This document shows, in pieces, positions 17,354-27,018 of a DNA stretch of 64,000 bases (position 1 is its first letter; every line of letters starts with the position of its first letter). The notes below the pieces were generated by a model. It was not told the DNA's origin. It did no database searches and was given only the letters and a program-made list of their open reading frames with translations. Source of the stretch: a virus; the IMG/VR virus record IMGVR_UViG_3300028393_000035, positions 1 through 64,000 of that record. One strand, 5' to 3'. The translations under genes and the position numbers were made by a program.

Positions 17354-20300
17354 TTGACAAGTTTTGCACCAATCCACAACCATACAGAGTATTCTGCGCT
17401 TGACGGTCTTGCAACGGCTAGAGAGATTGCCATTCGTTGCAAAGACATCGGATGCACATGTTGCGGCATTACAGATCACGGTACAGTAAGCGGTCATCTT
17501 GAGTTTGCAAAAACAATGGCTGAGTTTGATATTAAACCCGTTTTTGGTTGTGAGCTTTACCATGGTGTTAAAACAGAGTTTGGAAAACATGAACGCGATC
17601 AGTCGCACTTTATTGCCGGTGCAATGACTGATGAAGGTCTGCGTAACTTGTGGCGACTTGTTGATGACGCATCAACTAATTATAGGTTTGTCGGTCGTGT
17701 CAATTGGGATATGCTTAAGCATCGCAGCGAAGGTCTTTTTGCAACCTCTGCTTGCATTCAAGGTTTGATTGCTCAAGGCATCATGCACAGTGATCCTTAT
17801 GAACCGCTTAACAAGTATCTTGATATTTTTGGTGATAACTTTTACATGGAAATCCATACTTATCCCGGTGATGAGCATATGGCTCTTAATACTATTCTTG
17901 TTAGTCTCGCGCAGGAAAGAGGTATTCCGCTTATTTATGCAACAGATGCCCACTTTGCTAGCCCAGATCAATATGAGCTTCATGATGCTTTTGTTGCTAT
18001 GCAAACTGGCGAAAGTGTTTACATGCCAACCGAAGAACGTAAGATGTGGCATCCAAAGAGTCTTTACATTCAAGATGAGGCGCAGATTCGTCAATCTTTG
18101 TCATACTTGCCTGAATCAGCAGTAGATGAGGCTCTTAGAAACTCACAGGAGCTTGCTGACAAATGTAACGCGCAGCTACCAGAGGTAAAGCGTCACTTGC
18201 CTACATTTATTCCTAAGGACTCTCCATGGACTCAGAATGAAGGATCGGCAGCAGAGCTGTTCTTTGATCTTGTTGAAAAGGGTCTTGAGCGTCGTTATGG
18301 AGTAGATGCACCTACGGAGGTTTGGGAAAGAGCCGGTCGTGAAATGGAAGTGTTTATTGATGCAGGTCTTGAGCATTACTTCCTACAAGCGTGGGATTTC
18401 TGCGAGTTTTGTAATAAGAATAACATTAAGCGTGGCCCCGGTCGTGGTTCTGCCGCAGGCGCAATTGTGTCATACGCTCTTGGCATTACAGACATTGATC
18501 CGCTTAAGTATGGATTGATCTTTGAACGCTTTTACAATCCCGGTCGTGAAGACGGTTATCCAGATATTGATAATGACTTCCCGGTTGCAGATCGCAAACG
18601 TGTTGGTCAATACCTTATGGATCGTTGGGGTAAGGAAAACGTAAGAACGATTGGTACTATTACAAGACTTAAGCCAAAGGCTGCACTTGATCGCACTTAC
18701 AAGGCTTGTAACATTTCTTATGAAGAAAAAGAAGATCTTAAGAAGATTGTAGATAAGGTGCCAGACATTGACATTCTTGGCGCTGACTCTGTTGGTTGGT
18801 CAGAAGATGTAGACCCCGGCAAAACTGTTTATGTTATGGATCACGTTGGACAAGAGATTCTTGATTGGGCTGACAATGATCGTCGTCGTTATTGGCTTGA
18901 CATTGTTGAAACAATTACATCCCGCATTTCAGGATATGGTGTTCATCCGTCTGGTGTTGTTGTGTCTGATGTTTCACTTAATGATGAACTTCCTTGTATG
19001 TGGAATGCAAAGCAAGAGGTTCAAGTAACTTGTTTCCCAATGACCGATGTTGATAAAAGAATGTTTGTCAAGCAAGACCTTCTTGGACTTCGTAACCTTG
19101 ATACTTTGCAAGAGTGGGAAAATGAATCGGGCAATGTAATTGATTGGTCTAATCTTGATGATGGTCCAGAAGAGATGTGGGAAATGCTTGATCAAGGTCT
19201 TACTCTAGGCGTATTCCAAATTGAAAATGGATACGCTCGTCAATTGTGCAAGGGGTTCAAGCCACGTTCAATTGAAGATCTTGGAATTATCGTTTCGCTT
19301 AACCGTCCCGGTCCTATTCGCTCTGGTGCGCCTGATTCATTTATTCGTCGTCGTAATGGAGACGAAGAAGTAGCATACGATCATCCGATCCTTGAAGATA
19401 TTCTTGAGCCTACTTACGGTTGGTTCTTGTATCAGGAGCAAGTCATCGCATTCTTTAACAAGCTTGGGTATTCGCTTTCTGAGTCTGATGCCGTTCGTAA
19501 GATTCTTGGTAAGAAGAAGCCAGAGCAAATGCTTGCGCTTTACAATGGCGAAGGTGAATGGAAAGATCGTGGATTTGTGCAGGTTGCGCTTGAGAACGGA
19601 ATTGATCAAGCAACACTTGACACTATTTGGAATAAGCTAGAGGATTTTGCTAAATACTCATTTAACAAATCTCATGCTATTGCTTACGCCGTTATTGCAT
19701 TTAGAACGCTGTACGCTAAATACACTGCACCAGCAGAGTTTCTAATGGCTTGCATTCGAACCAACTCAGATGCTGCTGGAAACTACGTTGCCGAAGGTCG
19801 TAGAATGGGCATTAATGTTATGCCTCCAGACATTCTTAGATCTGAAGCAACGATTGCAGTTATTGACGATCAGATTCTCTTTGGATTCTCTGATGTCAAT
19901 GGCGTAGGGGCTGCTGCTGCAAACAAGATTGTAGAAATTAGGCAAAAATATGATATTTCATCCCCTGAGAAACTGTCAGATGCTATTAGTCACGAACAGG
20001 ATCTTTGGGAATGGGCAAAGCAGGATGCAAAGAAAAAGGGCGAACCATTTAAAACAAGGTCGCCTAAGCAAACGATTATGGCTAATAGACTTCCTACGCT
20101 TTATGATGCTGGCGCATGGGATAACTATGAAGATAGGGATATCCTTTTGTCAGAGAGGCAAAAGATGGAGCGTCAGTTACTAGGAGTCATTCTTACAGAT
20201 GAAAGTCATGAGATCTTTCAGGCGCACCAAGAGGTTATTGACGAATGCGACAGCTATTCAGATCTTGATTACAGTCAAGAAAATGAAAGTGTTACAATCC

Positions 20301-20524
20301 CCGGTACAATTACAAGCGTGGTTGAAAAGCTCACAAAGAAGGATAGTAAACCAATGGGTATTATTACCATTGAGTATCAGGGCGACGCCGTAGAATTTGT
20401 TATCTTCCCGAATGATTGGAGTAGATACAAGTTTATGCGCAAGGAAATGGCGGTTGGAATATTTAACTTGACAAAAACCGCCAGAGGTGTTAAATTTAAT
20501 AATGCAGAACTTCTAAGGAAATAA
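17354..20524 (+). CDS. dnaE: DNA polymerase III alpha subunit
   Basis: PHP HNHTEYSALDG, TDHG, TDAHF; GPGRGSAAG; PDIDND; FAKYSFNKSHA; C-terminal OB fold; TTG start. Confidence 0.97.
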   Translation: MTSFAPIHNHTEYSALDGLATAREIAIRCKDIGCTCCGITDHGTVSGHLEFAKTMAEFDIKPVFGCELYHGVKTEFGKHERDQSHFIAGAMTDEGLRNLWRLVDDASTNYRFVGRVNWDMLKHRSEGLFATSACIQGLIAQGIMHSDPYEPLNKYLDIFGDNFYMEIHTYPGDEHMALNTILVSLAQERGIPLIYATDAHFASPDQYELHDAFVAMQTGESVYMPTEERKMWHPKSLYIQDEAQIRQSLSYLPESAVDEALRNSQELADKCNAQLPEVKRHLPTFIPKDSPWTQNEGSAAELFFDLVEKGLERRYGVDAPTEVWERAGREMEVFIDAGLEHYFLQAWDFCEFCNKNNIKRGPGRGSAAGAIVSYALGITDIDPLKYGLIFERFYNPGREDGYPDIDNDFPVADRKRVGQYLMDRWGKENVRTIGTITRLKPKAALDRTYKACNISYEEKEDLKKIVDKVPDIDILGADSVGWSEDVDPGKTVYVMDHVGQEILDWADNDRRRYWLDIVETITSRISGYGVHPSGVVVSDVSLNDELPCMWNAKQEVQVTCFPMTDVDKRMFVKQDLLGLRNLDTLQEWENESGNVIDWSNLDDGPEEMWEMLDQGLTLGVFQIENGYARQLCKGFKPRSIEDLGIIVSLNRPGPIRSGAPDSFIRRRNGDEEVAYDHPILEDILEPTYGWFLYQEQVIAFFNKLGYSLSESDAVRKILGKKKPEQMLALYNGEGEWKDRGFVQVALENGIDQATLDTIWNKLEDFAKYSFNKSHAIAYAVIAFRTLYAKYTAPAEFLMACIRTNSDAAGNYVAEGRRMGINVMPPDILRSEATIAVIDDQILFGFSDVNGVGAAAANKIVEIRQKYDISSPEKLSDAISHEQDLWEWAKQDAKKKGEPFKTRSPKQTIMANRLPTLYDAGAWDNYEDRDILLSERQKMERQLLGVILTDESHEIFQAHQEVIDECDSYSDLDYSQENESVTIPGTITSVVEKLTKKDSKPMGIITIEYQGDAVEFVIFPNDWSRYKFMRKEMAVGIFNLTKTARGVKFNNAELLRK

Positions 20525-21604
20525 ATGACAGAAAACACTAAAAAAGCACAGGATCTAGCAGCCAGTCTTCAAAAGAAGTACGGAGAAAAGGCTGGATCAA
20601 TTGGAAGTACTAAATGGCCCCTTGACGTAATTCCAACAGGTTCATTGAGCCTTGATTACTCTCTTGGAGTAGGAGGGTGGCCAGTAGGTCATCTCATTGA
20701 AGTATTTGGTCCACCGGACATTGGTAAGTCATCTGTGATTGGTCTTAATGCTATTGCTAATGCACAGAAGATGGGTAAGTTCTGCGCCATTGTTGCTGTA
20801 GAACCCGGATTTGATGAAGAGTGGGCAAGAAAACATGGAGTCAATACTGACGATCTTGCTATTGCTCGTCCAGACAATGGACAAGATGCGTTTAATATGC
20901 TTGCGCAGATTGTTAATACGCCGGGAGTAGGCTTTGTTCTTTTTGATTCAGTTGGCGCATTGCTTCGTGAGTCAGAGGCAGAGGTTGATGGTAAGCCTGC
21001 TCAGGGTGGTCGCTCTGGACTAATCACTTGGGGCGTTCATAATGTTCTTCAGCCTGCATGGAAGAACAACGTTTCAATCATGTTTATTAACCAAATCAGA
21101 GACAAGATGAATTCTCGTATGCCGGGTGTTGTTGATTCTCCGGGCGGTCATGCTCTTAAGCACACTTGCAGCATTCGTGTTCAACTTAAGGCTGCCGAGT
21201 ATTATCGTGAAAAGATTGGCAAAGAAGATGTAGAAGTTGGTCATAGACTTAAGGCTACTATTCTTCGTAACAAATTCAGTGAAGGATCAAGGCGTACAGC
21301 AGAGTTTGATTACTACAAGATGACTACGCCGATTCATGAAGTTGGTATTGATAAGGGCGCAGACATTATTGATGTGGCCACTAGGCTTGGTTGTATTCAA
21401 CCAGCAGGCGCTTGGTATAAGCACCCTTCGTTTCCCGGAGAAAAGAATCAGATTCAAGGTAAAGCTGCCGTTGGTGAGTTTGTTATGAACAACCCTAAGA
21501 TCCAAGAGCAGTTGCGTCAAGAAGTACTTGAAGCAATGATTAAGGAAACTGGTCCGATTGATAACGTCAAGCCAATAGAGGACGTTATTGAAAATGGCTC
21601 GTAA
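20525..21604 (+). CDS. recA: RecA recombinase
   Basis: IPTGSLSLD, EVFGPPDIGKS, FDSVGAL, FINQIR, SPGGHALK. Confidence 0.95.
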   Translation: MTENTKKAQDLAASLQKKYGEKAGSIGSTKWPLDVIPTGSLSLDYSLGVGGWPVGHLIEVFGPPDIGKSSVIGLNAIANAQKMGKFCAIVAVEPGFDEEWARKHGVNTDDLAIARPDNGQDAFNMLAQIVNTPGVGFVLFDSVGALLRESEAEVDGKPAQGGRSGLITWGVHNVLQPAWKNNVSIMFINQIRDKMNSRMPGVVDSPGGHALKHTCSIRVQLKAAEYYREKIGKEDVEVGHRLKATILRNKFSEGSRRTAEFDYYKMTTPIHEVGIDKGADIIDVATRLGCIQPAGAWYKHPSFPGEKNQIQGKAAVGEFVMNNPKIQEQLRQEVLEAMIKETGPIDNVKPIEDVIENGS

Positions 21605-21962
21605 AGGAACTAATAAAGCAAGGTCGGTAGAACATGAAGAGTTTATTGCAAAGTGTTATCAGGGTCGTAGATCCCCAAGTTCAGGTGCAGCGGATCATGA
21701 TGCTGGCGATGTCAAGGTCGGCAGCGCTAGAATTGGCGGCATACTCTTTGAATGCAAGACCACAGGAGATGCTGAGAAACCTGCTAAGACAACCTTAGTA
21801 ACTAGGATGGAAAAGATCGCAGACGAAGCTTGGGCGGCAGGTTTAGAACCGGCCCTTGCTCTTCGTTTTTATAAACCAGACTCACGACTAGCAGACAGTA
21901 AAGGATTTATTGATCTGGTAGTTCGTAGGGTCGCTGATGATACGGAATCATATGGCAATTAA
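21594..21962 (+). CDS. PD-(D/E)XK Holliday junction resolvase-like nuclease
   Basis: SSGA...GDV...FECKT. Confidence 0.75.
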   Translation: MARKGTNKARSVEHEEFIAKCYQGRRSPSSGAADHDAGDVKVGSARIGGILFECKTTGDAEKPAKTTLVTRMEKIADEAWAAGLEPALALRFYKPDSRLADSKGFIDLVVRRVADDTESYGN

Positions 21963-22695
21963 ACTTACAAAGCACAGCATGGCTCGCAAGCTTGTTACTA
22001 AGACAAAGCTTGCCGTTCACCTTGATCGCATTATTGAACAGAAGGGCGATTTTGAATGGACATACAATTATGAATCAAAGAAGGGCGATGATGCTTGGCA
22101 TCCATCCGGCGATTGCACACTAACTCCTAGAGAGCTATTTGATAAAGTTACTGGAGCAACTGAGCGTGATCCTATTGGCGCAGGTCTTAGAAAAACCTTT
22201 CAGGTTGGCCACTTTTGGCATGGCTATCTACAAGAGATCGTAGTCAATCAACTTGGGTACGCCGATGCAGATGCAATTGAGCGTCCCGGTCAAAAGGTTT
22301 GGGCAGAAGAAAACGGCAAGCCCAAGGCATATCATTGGTGTAGAGGATCTGCCGACGTTGCTCCAATTAGCATTCCCGGCCAAGGCGAGTTTCTTGTTGA
22401 CTTTAAGACAATGGGCAGTTTTGATTTCAAGCGCTCAACATTGCCAGATTGGTCCGCAGCTAAGTATGAGTGTCAGATGAATATCTACATGGATTTCTTT
22501 GATCTTGAACAAACAATTGTTCTTTGTATTAACAAGAATTCTCCACATGAGTTTAAAGAGTTCATTTTTAATCGAAACCAACCGTTAATTGATACCATTT
22601 ATGAAAAGTGGCATTACGTCAGTGATTGTTTGGACAATGGAAATATTCCAGATCCATCTGAAAATTGGGAGCTTCCCATTAGAGGGTCTTTGTGA
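21952..22695 (+). CDS. Cas4/RecB-family exonuclease
   Basis: HPS, GHFWH, GSAD, VDFKT, QMNIYM. Confidence 0.8.
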   Translation: MAIKLTKHSMARKLVTKTKLAVHLDRIIEQKGDFEWTYNYESKKGDDAWHPSGDCTLTPRELFDKVTGATERDPIGAGLRKTFQVGHFWHGYLQEIVVNQLGYADADAIERPGQKVWAEENGKPKAYHWCRGSADVAPISIPGQGEFLVDFKTMGSFDFKRSTLPDWSAAKYECQMNIYMDFFDLEQTIVLCINKNSPHEFKEFIFNRNQPLIDTIYEKWHYVSDCLDNGNIPDPSENWELPIRGSL

Positions 22696-23237
22696 GAGTT
22701 TTAGCATTTGATCCCGGCGCTGATCGCATGGGTTATGCTTTACTTGAAACTGGACCCAAAGAAGTTTTTTCAGGAACTGAGTCTTTTCCAACATCCGGCA
22801 TTAAAGGTGTTTTAAAAGAAGATCAAGAGACTTATCAAGATCATAAACTTAGGATTATTGAATATTGGGCGCATACAGCAAATGATTTGATTAAATTATT
22901 TAAACCTGATATGATAGCCAATGAGATTGTTCCTCCGACTGGAGGAAATATTGGAAATCTTATTCACAGACAAAAAGCCATGACCGCAATTACTGCGGTA
23001 CAGGTGGTAGCCATTCAAAGTGGTATTGAAATCAAGCAAATTGCAGCATCAACAGTTAAAAAGAACATTGGTGGTAGTGGAAAGGCTACAAAGGTTGCCG
23101 TTAGAAACGGTGTCATTGAGCTTCTTCCGTCCACAGAACGGTTTAAACCAGAGTGGAAGAAAGTGTTCGATCATTGCGATGCATTCGCAGTTGGCCTTAC
23201 AGCATTAGGATATAAAATTGAAAAAAGAACTAAGTGA
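22692..23237 (+). CDS. ruvC: RuvC-like Holliday junction resolvase
   Basis: LAFDPG, VKKNIGGSGKATK, DHCDAFAV. Confidence 0.9.
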   Translation: MRVLAFDPGADRMGYALLETGPKEVFSGTESFPTSGIKGVLKEDQETYQDHKLRIIEYWAHTANDLIKLFKPDMIANEIVPPTGGNIGNLIHRQKAMTAITAVQVVAIQSGIEIKQIAASTVKKNIGGSGKATKVAVRNGVIELLPSTERFKPEWKKVFDHCDAFAVGLTALGYKIEKRTK

Positions 23238-23601
23238 ACCAATTCCAAAGCATCGGGTATTAAGAGAAGTATATAGACACTATTATACTTTTAAAGAATT
23301 ATACGCAAGTCAAGGAACCCATGTCATTGAGCATTCGTATTGGGTATATAATGATGATGGCACAAAAAGCAAAGAGACCATTAACATCTCACTATGGGAT
23401 TTAGATCATGGATTGCAAACCCTGTCTGCTCGTAAGCGAGAAGCAGTTTACTATAATGTCATTTTAGACAAGAAGCAAAAAGATGTTGCTGACATCATGG
23501 GTATCACAACAGTTTCAGTTGGTCAGTATGTAGAGCAGGCCATGATGCAATTAGCAGAAGAGTACTTTGCAGAGGAGAAGGTTGAAAATGGCGTGGCATA
23601 G
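23218..23601 (+). CDS. Sigma-70 region-4-like HTH protein
   Basis: LSARKREAVYY...KQKDVADIMGITTVSVGQYVEQAMMQL. Confidence 0.8.
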   Translation: MKKELSEPIPKHRVLREVYRHYYTFKELYASQGTHVIEHSYWVYNDDGTKSKETINISLWDLDHGLQTLSARKREAVYYNVILDKKQKDVADIMGITTVSVGQYVEQAMMQLAEEYFAEEKVENGVA

Positions 23602-24064
23602 TCGATGGAATAATTACGAAGAAGGTCTTGAGTATGAAGACGGTCGTAAGTACACCAATACCCAACTTAATCAATTAGCAGATGATTTTCTTAGGGAAGA
23701 TGCTAAGAATGAAATTTGTCGTGAATGCGAAGAGCAGGGCAAGGAAACAGGTAATTTTAATCCGACCTCTCAAAGCGTTGCAGACGAAGAGGGCAATGAG
23801 TTAATCATTGACTTTCCTGAGTTTGAATGCAAGAATGGTCACAAGTGGTATCAGGGCGAAGGCAAGGTCAAGGGAATCAAGGGCGATGCTCCAATTCTTT
23901 TTGAAGAGCATCTTCATCAGCGTCGTCGTAGAGAAATTTACACTACTATTGGAACGCCAGATCCTTCTATTGTCGCAGGAATTTACAATAGAACTCACCC
24001 AGATGGTCGTAAGGTCAACAGTCCCGAACAACGTAAATCTAATGGAGCCTCATACTATCGCTAG
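23588..24064 (+). CDS. Hypothetical Zn-binding protein
   Basis: CREC...CKNGH. Confidence 0.7.
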   Translation: MAWHSRWNNYEEGLEYEDGRKYTNTQLNQLADDFLREDAKNEICRECEEQGKETGNFNPTSQSVADEEGNELIIDFPEFECKNGHKWYQGEGKVKGIKGDAPILFEEHLHQRRRREIYTTIGTPDPSIVAGIYNRTHPDGRKVNSPEQRKSNGASYYR

Positions 24065-24083
24065 TGTTACGCGGTATTAAATT

Positions 24084-24677
24084 ATGCCTCAATTTAATAA
24101 ACCACAATTTGATAACAACAAGCCTGAAAAGGTTGTAGTTAAGACCCCTGTGCATCACAGAGATCCTAGGTGCAATGTTTGCTCTAGTGATTTCTCTAAA
24201 GCCATTGATCGAATGATTGCGCTTGGCACAAGTTATTCTGAGATTAGTAGGATCTTTGATATTAATCGTCAGTCTATTGGTCGTCATGCTAAAAACCATT
24301 TGAATTATGAAGAGGCTGCCATTCGCCAGATTATTGCTGCCGAAGCAGAAGAGGCTCAGGCTAATGTTGAAGAGGGCATTAATGGAGCTATTGCTAGGCG
24401 TGTATATATTGATGTAGCTATTCAGAAGGGTTTTGAAGCTCTTCTCAATGGCGATGTTCCAGTTGAGGTTAAGGATGTTGCTACACTGATCCAGCTTAAG
24501 GAAAAGATGGACTCTGGAACAGAAGGCGCAGCCCTTGATGAGATTAGAACTCAGTTCAATGCTTTCATGCAGGCTATTAGAGAAGTTGCTCCTCCAGAGA
24601 TGTGGGAAAAGATTCTTGGTCGAACCAAAGAACTGTTGCAAACTCCGGGCTTGCCCGCTGCTAAACAAGAGCAATGA
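24084..24677 (+). CDS. HTH protein, possible terminase small subunit
   Basis: CNVC + HTH + HAKNH then helical region; late-type motif directly upstream. Confidence 0.55.
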   Translation: MPQFNKPQFDNNKPEKVVVKTPVHHRDPRCNVCSSDFSKAIDRMIALGTSYSEISRIFDINRQSIGRHAKNHLNYEEAAIRQIIAAEAEEAQANVEEGINGAIARRVYIDVAIQKGFEALLNGDVPVEVKDVATLIQLKEKMDSGTEGAALDEIRTQFNAFMQAIREVAPPEMWEKILGRTKELLQTPGLPAAKQEQ

Positions 24678-26569
24678 AACTACTTACATCCGAATTACTA
24701 TTTGAACTTGATGAGAAGGGCGAGGATCACAGAAGCAATTTTGTAATCCTTGACCCTCATCCTGATTTTGTAGATCAATGGCTCGTTAATGCTTTTGATG
24801 AATCTTTCTTTTATGAAGTTGATGAATACATTGGCAGGTACAGGTCTGTATCAACAGCACGGATTGATGGATTTCTTTCTCTTTGCAAAGATCTAAACAA
24901 AGAAGTGGTTTGGACGCAAGATCCAACGCCAAATATTGATCAGTATTTATCATTAGATAATGTACCCGAAGTTAAGATTGAATCGCCATTTGATAATACG
25001 ATCAATGGTTTTCTTCCTTTTCAGGTTCAAGGGTTTAACTTTCTTAAAGATCTTAAGGGCGGAGTAGTTGAATGGTCTACTGGAACAGGCAAAACTGTTA
25101 TCGCTTCAGCACTGCTCAAATATCACTACGACCAAGACAATTTTGACTTAGCATTGTTTGTGGTAAAGAGCCACAACACTATTAACACCCAGAGAAGCCT
25201 AGAGAGGCTTGTAGGAATTGATTCAACCGTCATTCGGGGTAATAGAGCTAAAAGAGAAAAACTTTATTCAGAGGTCTCTTCTGATAAGACAGTACTCATT
25301 CTCAACTATGAGAAGTTTAGAGTAGACACAGAAGAACTGAAGAACATAATCGGAGGCAAGCGCGTCTTTATCATTTGGGATGAGATGCCAACTAAACTAA
25401 AAACCAGATCGTCCCAAAATTATAAAGGTGTAGTTGAGTGTCTTTATACGACACCACCCCCGCAAGTATCGAAAGATAAAGAGCGGGCTGAGCTACGGCA
25501 ATACATGCTGTCAGCAACACCAATTGAAAACAATCCAGAGGATTTTTTCAACTGCATTAGGATTATTGATCCAGATGTTTACGGAACAGTCAAAGAGTTT
25601 CGTAACGAATACGTCGCAAGGTACGATTACTTTGATCGCAATAAACCAGCGGCATGGCACAACCTAGACAAAATGGGACTTAAGGCTTCTCATATTGTTC
25701 ATCAGGTAGATAAGCACGATCAAGACATTGCAAAGATGTTTCCTAATGTTATATCTGAGCCATACTTTATTGATTGGAATGATAAGCAGCGCAGTCTTTA
25801 TGATTCAGTGCGCAAAGAAGCTCGTAAGGTTGATCCGGACGACGTAAACATCCTTGCAATTATTACAATACTTCAGATGATCTGCAATATGCCATCAATG
25901 GTTCTTAATTCTGCTGCTGCATTTGAAGCATTTGAGGCGGCAGTGCAAGAGGCATTTGATTTGGGTGCCAGTGCGCCTGACAAGTCGGGATCAGAGGTTG
26001 CAGCTAAGCTAATGGATGTTATTAAACCTGAGAAGTTTACTAATGATGGTCATGCAAAGTTAGAGGTGCTTAAATCTCTTATTACAGAAACGCACCCTGA
26101 CGAAAAGATAACTGTATTTTCTGCATTCAATAATGGATTAATGCCAGATTTGCGCAAGTACTTTGACGAGTGGGGCGTATCTCATGTTTACTATGGCGGC
26201 ACGGCAAAGCAGAGACAAGAGGCAGAGGATAAGTTTAAGACAAATCCAAATATTCAAGTGTTTTTGTCTTCGGATGCAGGTTCAGATTCTATTAACCTTG
26301 AAGTTGGTTCCGTATGCATTCATTACGACTTGCCATGGAAGTGGTCTACTTATACTCAGCGCGAGAATCGCATTCACCGAGTAACATCTAACTTTGAAAC
26401 CGTCAGATTTTACACACTGCTAATGGCAAACTCAGTAGAAGACAGAAAACTTAAAGTTGTTCTTGACAAAATGGGATATCATGATGCCATCTTTAAGGGA
26501 GCTATTGCCGATCAAGCAATTAGCCAAAGGATGAGCAAAAAAGACTTTATGTATATTCTGGGAAATTAA
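24674..26569 (+). CDS. SNF2-family (SF2) helicase
   Basis: TGTGKT, WDE, LSATPIEN, SINL, YDLPW, QRENRIHR. Confidence 0.9.
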   Translation: MKLLTSELLFELDEKGEDHRSNFVILDPHPDFVDQWLVNAFDESFFYEVDEYIGRYRSVSTARIDGFLSLCKDLNKEVVWTQDPTPNIDQYLSLDNVPEVKIESPFDNTINGFLPFQVQGFNFLKDLKGGVVEWSTGTGKTVIASALLKYHYDQDNFDLALFVVKSHNTINTQRSLERLVGIDSTVIRGNRAKREKLYSEVSSDKTVLILNYEKFRVDTEELKNIIGGKRVFIIWDEMPTKLKTRSSQNYKGVVECLYTTPPPQVSKDKERAELRQYMLSATPIENNPEDFFNCIRIIDPDVYGTVKEFRNEYVARYDYFDRNKPAAWHNLDKMGLKASHIVHQVDKHDQDIAKMFPNVISEPYFIDWNDKQRSLYDSVRKEARKVDPDDVNILAIITILQMICNMPSMVLNSAAAFEAFEAAVQEAFDLGASAPDKSGSEVAAKLMDVIKPEKFTNDGHAKLEVLKSLITETHPDEKITVFSAFNNGLMPDLRKYFDEWGVSHVYYGGTAKQRQEAEDKFKTNPNIQVFLSSDAGSDSINLEVGSVCIHYDLPWKWSTYTQRENRIHRVTSNFETVRFYTLLMANSVEDRKLKVVLDKMGYHDAIFKGAIADQAISQRMSKKDFMYILGN

Positions 26570-27018
26570 GACGAAGGCGTATAAAGATAAATAGTTTTAT
26601 ACGCCCGCACATGACGTTGATATTGATCAATTGCTGTTAAGGTTGCAATAAAACAAGTTGTAGTTGTTGAAACGGGAACTAATCCAGAATCGTAAGTATG
26701 ATATATAGATCCATCATTACCCGCAGCCAAAGGACTCATTATTAAAGCGGTGCGCCCGTCTCCAAAACTCCATTTATGTTGGATAATTTTGTTATTTGAT
26801 GGTAAGTTAGCAAAATTAGGAGTAAACTTAATTGGAGTATTAACCGGCACTGTAAAGGCTTGTCCGCCCGAAAGAAGATTGAATGTTTGACTACCATTAG
26901 TCGCTCCACTTTTACCATTCCACGATAAAACGTAATCAGACAAAGTTCCACCATCTTTAGTAATAGAAAAACCAATTGATGGAGGATAAGTGCCAATTGT
27001 ATTAATTACTGAACTCAT
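26566..27018 (-). CDS. PKD-domain virion protein
   Basis: KWSFGDG...HTY...ATLTAID. Confidence 0.75.
   Translation of the reverse strand: MSSVINTIGTYPPSIGFSITKDGGTLSDYVLSWNGKSGATNGSQTFNLLSGGQAFTVPVNTPIKFTPNFANLPSNNKIIQHKWSFGDGRTALIMSPLAAGNDGSIYHTYDSGLVPVSTTTTCFIATLTAIDQYQRHVRAYKTIYLYTPSS

Noticed and set aside
8865-21604. Inteins or introns in nrdJ, dnaB, dnaE, recA
   Set aside because: Proteins are normal length and continuous; no splicing or homing-endonuclease motifs seen
21952-22695. CRISPR-Cas system
   Set aside because: Solo Cas4-like nuclease in a recombination operon; no array or other cas genes seen
24039-24674. 211-aa antisense ORF and other short antisense or alternate-frame ORFs in the track
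   Set aside because: Nested in well-supported genes, with no motifs or translation signals
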